A DNA stretch of 64,000 nucleotides from Antedon mediterranea. Its lineage: Eukaryota; Animalia; Echinodermata. Within the stretch, counting starts at the first letter, position 1. The number at the start of each line of letters is the position of its first letter. The stretch spans positions 21,345,317 to 21,409,316 of the forward strand of contig NC_092671.1 in NCBI RefSeq assembly GCF_964355755.1. Direction: 5' to 3'. The translations under genes and the position numbers were made by a program. The notes beneath the pieces were generated by a model. The model ran no database searches. It had not been told where the DNA came from and saw only the letters and a list, made by a program, of their open reading frames with translations. This document shows, piece after piece, positions 1 through 11,600 of the stretch.

Positions 1-3000
1 TTTCACACAAAAACATCAAAGGGCACAATATAGCTTAATATCCTATTTAAAAACGTTTTAGACCATTTTGAGCATTTCGACAAAACTTTTTCACACAAAA
101 CACCAAAGTGCTTAGAATACCTTCAAATCGCATTTGGAGACGTTTTAGACCATTTTGTGATTTTCGAAAAAACTTAACATAAAAACATCAAAGTTTACAG
201 AATAGCTTCAAATCGCATTTGGAGACGTTTTAAACCATTTTGTGATTTTCGAAAAAACTTGTTAACATAAAAACACCAAAATGTTTAGAATAGCTTCAAA
301 TCGCATTTGGAGACGTTTTAGACCATTTTGTGATTTTCGAAAAAACTTGTTAACACAAAAACACCAAAGTGATTAGAATAGCTTCAAATCGCATTTGGAG
401 ACGTTTTAGACCATTTTGTGATTTTCGAAAAAACTTGTTAACATAAAAACACCAAAGTGATTAGAATAGCTTCAAATCGCATTTGGAGACGTTTTAGACC
501 ATTTTGTGCATTTCGATGAAACTTGGTTACGCAAAAACATCAAAGTGCTTAAAATCACATTATAAACCGTTTTAGACCATTTTGAGCATATCGATAACAA
601 TTTTTACACAAAACGCCAAAGTGCTTAGAATAGCTTCAAATCGCATTTGGAGACGTTTTAGACCATTTTGTGATTTTCGACAAAACTTTTTCACACAAAA
701 CACCAAAGTGCTTAGAATACCTTCAAATCGCATTTGGAGACGTTTTAGACCATTTTGTGATTTTCGAAAAAACTTGTTAACATAAAAACATCAAAGTGTA
801 CAGAATAGCTTCAAATCGCATTTGGAGACGTTTTAGACCATTTTGTGATTTTCGAAAAAACTTGTTAACATAAAAACACCAAAGTGCTTAGAATAGCTTC
901 AAATCGCATTAGGAGACGTTTTAGACCATTTTGTGATTTTCGAAAAAACTTGTTAACATAAAAACACCAAAGTGCTTAGAATAGCTTCAAATCGCATTTG
1001 GAGACGTTTTAGACCATTTTGTGATTTTCGAAAAAACTTGTTAACATAAAAACACCAAAGTTCTTAAAATAGCTTCAAATCGCATTTGGAGACGTTTTAG
1101 ACCATTTTGTGATTTTCGAAAAAACTTGTTAACATAAAAACACCAAAGTGCTTAGAATAGCTTCAAATCGCATTTGGAGACGTTTTAGACCATTTTGGGA
1201 TTTTTGAAAAAACTTGTTAACATAAAAACACCAAAGTTCTTAGAATAGCTTCAAATCGCATTTGGAGACGTTTTAGACCATTTTGTGCATTTCGATGAAA
1301 CTTGGTTACACAAAAACATCAAAGTGCTTAAAATCACGTTATAAACCGTTTTAGACCATTTGAGCATTTCGATAACACTTTTCACACAAAAACATCAAAG
1401 GGCACAATATAGCTTAATATCCTATTTAAAAACGTTTTAGACCATTTTGAGCATTTCGACAAAACTTTTTCACGCAAAACACCAAAGTGCTTAGAATACC
1501 TTCAAATCGCATTTGGAGACGTTTTAGACAATTTTGTGATTTTCGAAAAAACTTGTTAACATAAAAACATCAAAGTTTACAGAATAGCTTCAAATCGCTT
1601 TTGGAGACGTTTTAGACAATTTTGTGATTTTCGAAAAAACTTGTTAACATAAAAACACCAAAGTGCTTAGAATAGCTTCAAATCGCATTGGGAGACGTTT
1701 TAGACCATTTTGTGATTTTCGAAAAAACTTGTTAACATAAAAACATCAAAGTGTACAGAATAGCTTCAAATCGCATTTGGAGACGTTTTAGACCATTTTG
1801 TGATTTTCGAAAAAACTTGTTAACATAAAAACACCAAAGTGCTTAGAATAGCTTCAAATCGCATTTGGAGACGTTTTAAACCATTTTGTGATTTTCGAAA
1901 AAACTTGTTAACATAAAAACACCAAAATGTTTAGAATAGCTTCAAATCGCATTTGGAGACGTTTTAGACCATTTTGTGATTTTCGAAAAAACTTGTTAAC
2001 ACAAAAACACCAAAGTGATTAGAATAGCTTCAAATCGCATTTGGAGACGTTTTAGACCATTTTGTGATTTTCGAAAAAACTTGTTAACATAAAAACACCA
2101 AAGTGATTAGAATAGCTTCAAATCGCATTTGGAGACGTTTTAGACCATTTTGTGCATTTCGATGAAACTTGGTTACGCAAAAACATCAAAGTGCTTAAAA
2201 TCACATTATAAACCGTTTTAGACCATTTTGAGCATATCGATAACACTTTTTACACAAAACACCAAAGTGCTTAGAATAGCTTCAAATCGCATTTGGAGAC
2301 GTTTTAGACCATTTTGTGATTTTCGACAAAACTTTTTCACACAAAACACCAAAGTGCTTAGAATACCTTCAAATCGCATTTGGAGACGTTTTAGACAATT
2401 GTGATTTTCGAAAAAACTTGTTAACATAAAAACATCAAAGTGTACAGAATAGCTTCAAATCGCATTTGGAGACGTTTTAGACCATTTTGTGATTTTCGAA
2501 AAAACTTGTTAACATAAAAACACCAAAGTGCTTAGAATAGCTTCAAATCGCATTAGGAGACGTTTTAGACCATTTTGTGATTTTCGAAAAAACTTGTTAA
2601 CATAAAAACACCAAAGTGCTTAGAATAGCTTCAAATCGCATTTGGAGACGTTTTAGACCATTTTGTGATTTTCGAAAAAACTTGTTAACATAAAAACACC
2701 AAAATGTTTAGAATAGCTTCAAATCGCATTTGGAGACGTTTTAGACCATTTTGTGATTTTCGAAAAAACTTGTTAACACAAAAACACCAAAGTGATTAGA
2801 ATAGCTTCAAATCGCATTTGGAGACGTTTTAGACCATTTTGTGCATTTCGATGAAACTTGGTTACGCAAAAACATCAAAGTGCTTAAAATCACATTATAA
2901 ACCGTTTTAGACCATTTTGAGCATATCGATAACACTTTTCACACAAAAACATCAAAGAGCACAATATAGCTTAATATCGTATTTAAAAACGTTTTAGACC

Positions 3001-4340
3001 ATTTTGAGCATTTCGACAAAACTTTTTCACACAAAACACCAAAGTGCTTAGAATAGCTTCAAATCGCATTTGGAGACGTTTTAGACCATTTTGTGATTTT
3101 CGAAAAAACTTGTTAACATAAAAACATCAAAGGGCTAAGAATAGCTTCAAATTGCATTTGGAGACATTTTAGAACAATTAGTGATTTTCGAAAAAACTTG
3201 GTTACACAAAAACATCAAAGTGGTTAAAATCACATTATAAACCGTTTTAGACCATTTTGAGCATTTCGATAACACTTTTTACACAAAAACATCAAAGTGC
3301 TTAGAATAGCTTCAAATCGCATTTGGAGACGTTTTAGACCATTTTGTGATTTTTGAAAAAAACTTTTTAACATAAAAACACCAAACTGCTAAGAATAGCT
3401 TCAAATCGCATATGGAGACAATTTAGACCATTTTGTGATTTTCGAAAAAACTTGTTAACATAAAAACACCAAAGTGCTTAGAATACCTTCAAATCGCATT
3501 TGGAGACGTTTTAGACCATTTTGTGATTTTCCAAAAAACTTGTTAACATAAAAACATCAAAGTGTACAGAATAGCTTCAAATCGCATTTGGAGACGTTTT
3601 AGACCATTTTGTGATTTTCGAAAAAACTTGTTAACATAAAAACACCAAAGTGCTTAGAATAGCTTCAAATCGCATTTGGAGACGTTTTAGACCAATTTGT
3701 GATTTTCGAAAAAACTTGGTTACACAAAAACATCAAAGTGGTTAAAAGCACATTATAAACCGTTTTAGACCATTTTGAGCATTTCGATAACACATTTCAC
3801 ACAAAAACATCAAAGAGCACAAAATAGCTTAATATCGTATTTAAAAACGTTTTAAACCATTTTGAGCATTTCGACAAAACTTTTTCACACAAAACACCAA
3901 AGTGTACAGAATAGCTTCAAATCGCATTTGGAGACGTTTTAGACCATTTTGTGATTTTCGAAAAAACTTGTTAATATAAAAACACCAAAGTACTTAGAAT
4001 AGCTTCAAATCGCATTTGGAGACGTTTTAGACCATTTTGTGATTTTCGAAAAAACTTGTTAACATAAAAACATCAAAGTGCTAAGAATAGCTTCCAATCG
4101 CATTTGGAGACATTTTAGACCAATTTGTGATTTTGGAAAAAACTTGGTTACACAAAAACATCAAAGTGCTTTAAATCACATTATAAACCGTTTTAGACCA
4201 TTTTGAGCATTTCGATAACACATTTCACAAAAAAACATCAAAGAGCACAAAATAGCTTAATATCGTATTTAAAAACGTTTTAAACCATTTTGAGCATTTC
4301 GACAAAACTTTTTCACACAAAACACCAAAGTGTTTAGAAA

Positions 4341-6801
4341 AGCTTCAAATCGCATTTGGAGACGTTTTAGACCATTTTGGGATTTTCGAAAAAACTTGTT
4401 AACATAAAAACACCAAAGTGCTTAGAATAGCTTCAAATCGCATTAGGAGACGTTTTAGACCATTTTGTGATTTTCGAAAAAACTTGTTAACATAAAAACA
4501 CCAAAGTGCTTAGAATAGCTTCAAATCGCATTTGGAGACGTTTTAGACCATTTTGTGATTTTCGAAAAAACTTGTTAACATAAAAACACCAAAATGTTTA
4601 GAATAGCTTCAAATCGCATTTGGAGACGTTTTAGACCATTTTGTGATTTTCGAAAAAACTTGTTAACACAAAAACACCAAAGTGATTAGAATAGCTTCAA
4701 ATCGCATTTGGAGACGTTTTAGACCATTTTGTGCATTTCGATGAAACTTGGTTACGCAAAAACATCAAAGTGCTTAAAATCACATTATAAACCGTTTTAG
4801 ACCATTTTGAGCATATCGATAACACTTTTCACACAAAATCATCAAAGAGCACAATATAGCTTAATATCGTATTTAAAAACGTTTTAGACCATTTTGAGCA
4901 TTTCGACAAAACTTTTTCACACAAAACACCAAAGTGCTTAGAATAGCTTCAAATCGCATTTGGAGACGTTTTAGACCATTTTGTGATTTTCGAAAAAACT
5001 TGTTAACATAAAAACATCAAAGTGCTAAGAATAGTTTCAAATCGAATTTGGAGACATTTTAGACCAATTAGTGATTTTCGAAAAAACTTGGTTACACAAA
5101 AACATCAAAGTGGTTAAAATCACATTATAAACCGTTTTAGACCATTTTGAGCATTTCGATAACACTTTTCACACAAAAACATCAAAGTGCTTAGAATAGC
5201 TTCAAATCGCATTTGGAGACGTTTTAGACCATTTTGTGATTTTCGAAAAAAACTTTTTAACATAAAAACACCAAACTGCTAAGAATAGCTTCAAATCGCA
5301 TATGGAGACAATTTAGACCATTTTGTGATTTTCGAAAAAACTTGTTAACATAAAAACACCAAAGTGCTTAGAATACCTTCAAATCGCATTTGGAGACATT
5401 TTAGACCATTTTGTGATTTTCGAAAAAACTTGTTAACATAAAAACATCAAAGTGCTAAGAATAGCTTCCAATCACATTTGTAGACGTTTTAGACCATTTT
5501 GTGATTTTCGAAAACAACTTGTTAACATAAAAACACCAAAGTGCTTAGAATAGCTTCAAATCGCATTTGGAGACGTTTTAGACCATTTTGGGATTTTCGA
5601 AAAAACTTGTTAACATAAAAACACCAAAGTGCTTAGAATAGCTTCAAATCGCATTAGGAGACGTTTTAGACCATTTTGTGATTTTCGAAAAAACTTGTTA
5701 ACATAAAAACACCAAAGTGCTTAGAATAGCTTCAAATCGCATTTGGAGACGTTTTAGACCATTTTGTGATTTTCGAAAAAACTTGTTAACATAAAAACAC
5801 CAAAATGTTTAGAATAGCTTCAAATCGCATTTGGAGACGTTTTAGACCATTTTGTGATTTTCGAAAAAACTTGTTAACACAAAAACACCAAAGTGATTAG
5901 AATAGCTTCAAATCGCATTTGGAGACGTTTTAGACCATTTTGTGCATTTCGATGAAACTTGGTTACGCAAAAACATCAAAGTGCTTAAAATCACATTATA
6001 AACCGTTTTAGACCATTTTGAGCATATCGATAACACTTTTCACACAAAATCATCAAAGAGCACAATATAGCTTAATATCGTATTTAAAAACGTTTTAGAC
6101 CATTTTGAGCATTTCGACAAAACTTTTTCACACAAAACACCAAAGTGCTTAGAATAGCTTCAAATCGCATTTGGAGACGTTTTAGACCATTTTGTGATTT
6201 TCGAAAAAACTTGTTAACATAAAAACATCAAAGTGCTAAGAATAGTTTCAAATCGAATTTGGAGACATTTTAGACCAATTAGTGATTTTCGAAAAAACTT
6301 GGTTACACAAAAACATCAAAGTGGTTAAAATCACATTATAAACCGTTTTAGACCATTTTGAGCATTTCGATAACACTTTTCACACAAAAACATCAAAGTG
6401 CTTAGAATAGCTTCAAATCGCATTTGGAGACGTTTTAGACCATTTTGTGATTTTCGAAAAAAACTTTTTAACATAAAAACACCAAACTGCTAAGAATAGC
6501 TTCAAATCGCATATGGAGACAATTTAGACCATTTTGTGATTTTCGAAAAAACTTGTTAACATAAAAACACCAAAGTGCTTAGAATACCTTCAAATCGCAT
6601 TTGGAGACATTTTAGACCATTTTGTGATTTTCGAAAAAACTTGTTAACATAAAAACATCAAAGTGCTAAGAATAGCTTCCAATCACATTTGTAGACGTTT
6701 TAGACCATTTTGTGATTTTCGAAAACAACTTGTTAACATAAAAACACCAAAGTGCTTAGAATAGCTTCAAATCGCATTTGGAGACGTTTTAGACCATTTT
6801 G
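4341..6801. repeat. Tandem duplication, period 1211 bp (~14 monomers)
   Basis: Private variants ACACAAAATCATC at 4831/6042 and ATCACATTTGTAGAC at 5471/6682; boundaries approximate. Confidence 0.85.
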
Positions 6802-8236
6802 TGATTTTCGAAAAAACTTGTTAACATAAAAACATCAAAGTGCTAAGAATAGCTTCAAATCGAATTTGGAGACATTTTAGACCAATTAGTGATTTTCGAA
6901 AAAACTTGGTTACACAAAAACATCAAAGTGGTTAAAATCACATTATAAACCGTTTTAGACCATTTTGAGCATTTTGATAACACTTTTCACACAAAAACAT
7001 CAAAGTGCTTAGAATAGCTTCAAATCGCATTTGGAGACGTTTTAGACCATTTTGTGATTTTCGAAAAAAACTTTTTAACATAAAAACACCAAACTGCTAA
7101 GAATAGCTTCAAATCGCATATGGAGACAATTTAGACCATTTTGTGATTTTCGAAAAAACTTGTTAACATAAAAACACCAAAGTGCTTAGAATACCTTCAA
7201 ATCGCATTTGGAGACATTTTAGACCATTTTGTGATTTTCGAAAAAACTTGTTAACATAAAAACATCAAAGTGCTAAGAATAGCTTCCAATCGCATTTGGA
7301 GACGTTTTAGACCATTTTGTGATTTTCGAAAAAACTTGTTAACATAAAAACACCAAAGTGATTAGAATAGCTTCAAATCGCATTTGGAGACGTTTTAGAC
7401 CATTTTGTGCATTTCGATGAAACTTGGTTACGCAAAAACATCAAAGTGCTTAAAATCACATTATAAACCGTTTTAGACCATTTTGAGCATATCGATAACA
7501 CTTTTTACACAAAACACCAAAGTGCTTAGAATAGCTTCAAATCGCATTTGGAGACGTTTTAGACCATTTTGTGATTTTCGACAAAACTTTTTCACACAAA
7601 ACACCAAAGTGCTTAGAATACCTTCAAATCGCATTTGGAGACGTTTTAGACCATTTTGTGATTTTCGAAAAAACTTGTTAACATAAAAACATCAAAGTGT
7701 ACAGAATAGCTTCAAATCGCATTTGGAGACGTTTTAGACCATTTTGTGATTTTCGAAAAAACTTGTTAACATAAAAACACCAAAGTGCTTAGAATAGCTT
7801 CAAATCGCATTTGGAGACGTTTTAGACCATTTTGTGATTTTCGAAAAAACTTGTTAACATAAAAACACCAAAGTGCTTAGAATAGCTTCAAATCGCATTA
7901 GGAGACGTTTTAGACCATTTTGTGATTTTCGAAAAAACTTGTTAACATAAAAACACCAAAGTGCTTAGAATAGCTTCAAATCGCATTTGGAGACGTTTTA
8001 GACCATTTTGTGATTTTCGAAAAAACTTGTTAACATAAAAAAAACAAAGTTCTTAAAATAGCTTCAAATCGCATTTGGAGACGTTTTAGACCATTTTGTG
8101 ATTTTCGAAAAAACCTGTTAACATAAAAACACCAAAGTGTTTAGAAAAGCTTCAAATCGCATTTGGAGACGTTTTAGACCATTTTGGGATTTTCGAAAAA
8201 ACTTGTTAACATAAAAACACCAAAGTGCTTAGAATA

Positions 8237-8313
8237 TGGCCGAGCGGTTAAGGCAGGGGCGCCGTTTATCGTACCTAAAGAGCCAACAACAACATCGGCA
8301 AGGGTTCGAGGCC
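8237..8313 (+). promoter_or_regulatory. RNA polymerase III type-2 internal promoter (A and B boxes); equivalents at 13525-13601, 37169-37245, 46740-46816, 52351-52427
   Basis: TGGCCGAGCGG matches the A-box consensus TRGCNNAGYGG; GGTTCGAGGCC matches the B-box consensus GGTTCGANNCC; the spacer is 55 bp. Activity is not shown. Confidence 0.8.
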
Positions 8314-8593
8314 GACTCGCTCCTAGTTCTGGTGGTGGAACAAGTCTTCTCGGATAAGGACTATAAACCGTAGGTCCAGTGTACACAGTTATAACATGTG
8401 TGTACTTTAAAGAACCCAGTTCATTATTCGAAAAAGAGTAGGGGGTTACCCCGGTGAACTGGTTCACACAATAGCCTCTGTATCAGGGGGATTACCACCT
8501 ATCTGATAGGACAGTGATTAATTCACTATTGGTAATCCTTGGCCACAGTGCCTAAAGACATAAAATAAAATAAAAATAAATAAATAAATAATA
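8237..8593 (+). mobile_element. tRNA-derived SINE, copy 1 (Deu/Nin-like core, slightly 5'-truncated)
   Basis: A box TGGCCGAGCGG at 8237-8247 followed by TTAAGGC (Leu/Ser-tRNA-like D arm); B box GGTTCGAGGCC at 8303-8313; core GTCTTCTCGGATAAGGACTATAAACCGTAGGTCC...AAAGAACCC...GAGTAGGGGGTTACCCCGGTG; (TAAAA/TAAA)n tail at 8561-8593. It interrupts a monomer at CTTAGAATA^GCTTC, with AATA on both sides (8233-8236, 8590-8593). Confidence 0.92.
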
Positions 8594-8616
8594 GCTTCAA
8601 ATCGCATTTGGAGACG

Positions 8617-8620
8617 TTTT
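8617..8620 (+). terminator. Candidate Pol III T4 terminator supplied by the downstream satellite (GACGTTTT); further T4 runs follow at ~10-bp spacing
   Basis: The SINE + strand has no run of 4 or more T; the first TTTT lies 24 bp past the tail, in satellite sequence. Use as a terminator is inferred. Confidence 0.4.
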
Positions 8621-11600
8621 AGACCATTTTGTAATTTTCAAAAAAACTTGTTAACATAAAAACACCAAAGTTCTTAGAATAGCTTCAAATCGCATTTGGA
8701 GACGTTTTAGACCATTTTGTGCATTTCGATGAAACTTGGTTACACAAAAACATCAAAGTGCTTAAAATCACATTATAAACCGTTTTAGACCATTTGAGCA
8801 TTTCGATAACACTTTTCACACAAAAACATCAAAGTTCACAATATAGCTTAATATCCTATTTAAAAACGTTTTAGACCATTTTGAGCATTTCGACAAAACT
8901 TTTTCACACAAAACACCAAAGTGCTTAGAATACCTTCAAATCGCATTTGGAGACGTTTTAGACAATTTTGTGATTTTCGAAAAAACTTGTTAACATAAAA
9001 ACATCAAAGTTTACAGAATAGCTTCAAATCGCATTTGGAGACGTTTTAGACAATTTTGTGATTTTCGAAAAAACTTGTTAACATAAAAACACCAAAGTGC
9101 TTAGAATAGCTTCAAATCGCATTGGGAGACGTTTTAGACCATTTTGTGATTTTCGAAAAAACTTGTTAACATAAAAACACCAAAGTGCTTAGAATAGCTT
9201 CAAATCGCATTTGGAGACGTTTTAGACCATTTTGTGATTTTCGAAAAAACTTGTTAACATAAAAACACCAAAGTTCTTAAAATAGCTTCAAATCGCATTT
9301 GGAGACGTTTTAGACCATTTTGTGATTTTCGAAAAAACTTGTTAACATAAAAACACCAAAGTGTTTAGAAAAGCTTCAAATCGCATTTGGAGACGTTTTA
9401 GACCATTTTGGGATTTTTGAAAAAACTTGTTAACATAAAAACACCAAAGTGCTTAGAATAGCTTCAAATCGCATTTGGAGACGTTTTAGACCATTTTGTA
9501 ATTTTCAAAAAAACTTGTTAACATAAAAACACCAAAGTTCTTAGAATAGCTTCAAATCGCATTTGGAGACGTTTTAGACCATTTTGTGCATTTCGATGAA
9601 ACTTGGTTACACAAAAACATCAAAGTGCTTAAAATCACGTTATAAACCGTTTTAGACCATTTGAGCATTTCGATAACACTTTTCACACAAAAACATCAAA
9701 GGGCACAATATAGCTTAATATCCTATTTAAAAACGTTTTAGACCATTTTGAGCATTTCGACAAAACTTTTTCACACAAAACACCAAAGTGCTTAGAATAC
9801 CTTCAAATCGCATTTGGAGACGTTTTAGACAATTTTGTGATTTTCGAAAAAACTTAACATAAAAACATCAAAGTTTACAGAATAGCTTCAAATCGCTTTT
9901 GGAGACGTTTTAGACAATTTTGTGATTTTCGAAAAAACTTGTTAACATAAAAACACCAAAGTGCTTAGAATAGCTTCAAATCGCATTGGGAGACGTTTTA
10001 GAACATTTTGTGATTTTCGAAAAAACTTGTTAACATAAAAACATCAAAGTGTACAGAATAGCTTCAAATCGCATTTGGAGACGTTTTAGACAATTTTGTG
10101 CATTTCGATGAAACTTGGTTACACAAAAACATCAAAGTGCTTAAAATCACATTATAAACCGTTTTAGACCATTTGAGCATTTCCATAACACTTTTCACAC
10201 AAAAACATCAAAGGGCACAATATAGCTTAATATCCTATTTAAAAACGTTTTAGACCATTTTGAGCATTTCGACAAAACTTTTTCACACAAAACACCAAAG
10301 TGCTTAGAATACCTTCAAATCGCATTTGGAGACGTTTTAGACCATTTTGTGATTTTCGAAAAAACTTGTTAACATAAAAACATCAAAGTGTACACAATAG
10401 CTTCAAATCGCATTTGGAGACGTTTTAGACCATTTTGTGATTTTCGAAAAAACTTGTTAACATAAAAACACCAAAGTGCTTAGAATAGCTTCAAATCGCA
10501 TTAGGAGACGTTTTAGACCATTTTGTGATTTTCAAAAAAACTTTTTAACATAAAAACACCAAACTGCTAAGAATAGCTTCAAATCGCATATGGAGACAAT
10601 TTAGACCATTTTGTGATTTTCGAAAAAACTTGTTAACATAAAAACACCAAAGTGCTTAGAATACCTTCAAATCGCATTTGGAGACATTTTAGACCATTTT
10701 GTGATTTTCGAAAAAACTTGTTAACATAAAAACATCAAAGTGCTAAGAATAGCTTCCAATCACATTTGTAGACGTTTTAGACCATTTTGTGATTTTCGAA
10801 AACAACTTGTTAACATAAAAACACCAAAGTGCTTAGAATAGCTTCAAATCGCATTTGGAGACGTTTTAGACCATTTTGGGATTTTCGAAAAAACTTGTTA
10901 ACATAAAAACACCAAAGTGCTTAGAATAGCTTCAAATCGCATTAGGAGACGTTTTAGACCATTTTGTGATTTTCGAAAAAACTTGTTAACATAAAAACAC
11001 CAAAGTGCTTAGAATAGCTTCAAATCGCATTTGGAGACGTTTTAGACCATTTTGTGATTTTCGAAAAAACTTGTTAACATAAAAACACCAAAATGTTTAG
11101 AATAGCTTCAAATCGCATTTGGAGACGTTTTAGACCATTTTGTGATTTTCGAAAAAACTTGTTAACACAAAAACACCAAAGTGATTAGAATAGCTTCAAA
11201 TCGCATTTGGAGACGTTTTAGACCATTTTGTGCATTTCGATGAAACTTGGTTACGCAAAAACATCAAAGTGCTTAAAATCACATTATAAACCGTTTTAGA
11301 CCATTTTGAGCATATCGATAACACTTTTCACACAAAATCATCAAAGAGCACAATATAGCTTAATATCGTATTTAAAAACGTTTTAGACCATTTTGAGCAT
11401 TTCGACAAAACTTTTTCACACAAAACACCAAAGTGCTTAGAATAGCTTCAAATCGCATTTGGAGACGTTTTAGACCATTTTGTGATTTTCGAAAAAACTT
11501 GTTAACATAAAAACATCAAAGTGCTAAGAATAGTTTCAAATCGAATTTGGAGACATTTTAGACCAATTAGTGATTTTCGAAAAAACTTGGTTACACAAAA

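Noticed and set aside
2846-2863. CENP-B box (TTTCGATGAAACTTGGT)
   Set aside because: It matches TTCG, the A and the last GG of the NTTCGNNNNANNCGGGN core, but lacks the second CG, which is part of the essential core.
8284-8294. (CAA)n run in the SINE head, and the (TAAA)n tail as a microsatellite or AATAAA poly(A) signals
   Set aside because: The CAA run is too short to matter; the tail is the ordinary A-rich SINE end with no upstream gene.
8237-8325. Functional tRNA gene
   Set aside because: The D-arm and T-loop motifs are present, but the acceptor 5' strand is missing, the T stem pairs only 2 bp and there is no canonical anticodon arm. It is a SINE head.
8174-8467. 97-aa minus-strand ORF (five copies) and the 60-aa ORF at 13472-13654
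   Set aside because: The 97-aa ORF is antisense to the SINE, starts at GTG and runs into satellite sequence; I recognise no domain. The 60-aa ORF crosses the length threshold only because T>A at 13643 removes a stop.
8489-8538. Hammerhead ribozyme/retrozyme (three-way junction containing CTGATAG)
   Set aside because: There is no CUGANGA core or downstream GAAA in the junction on either strand; CTGAT lies within a hairpin.
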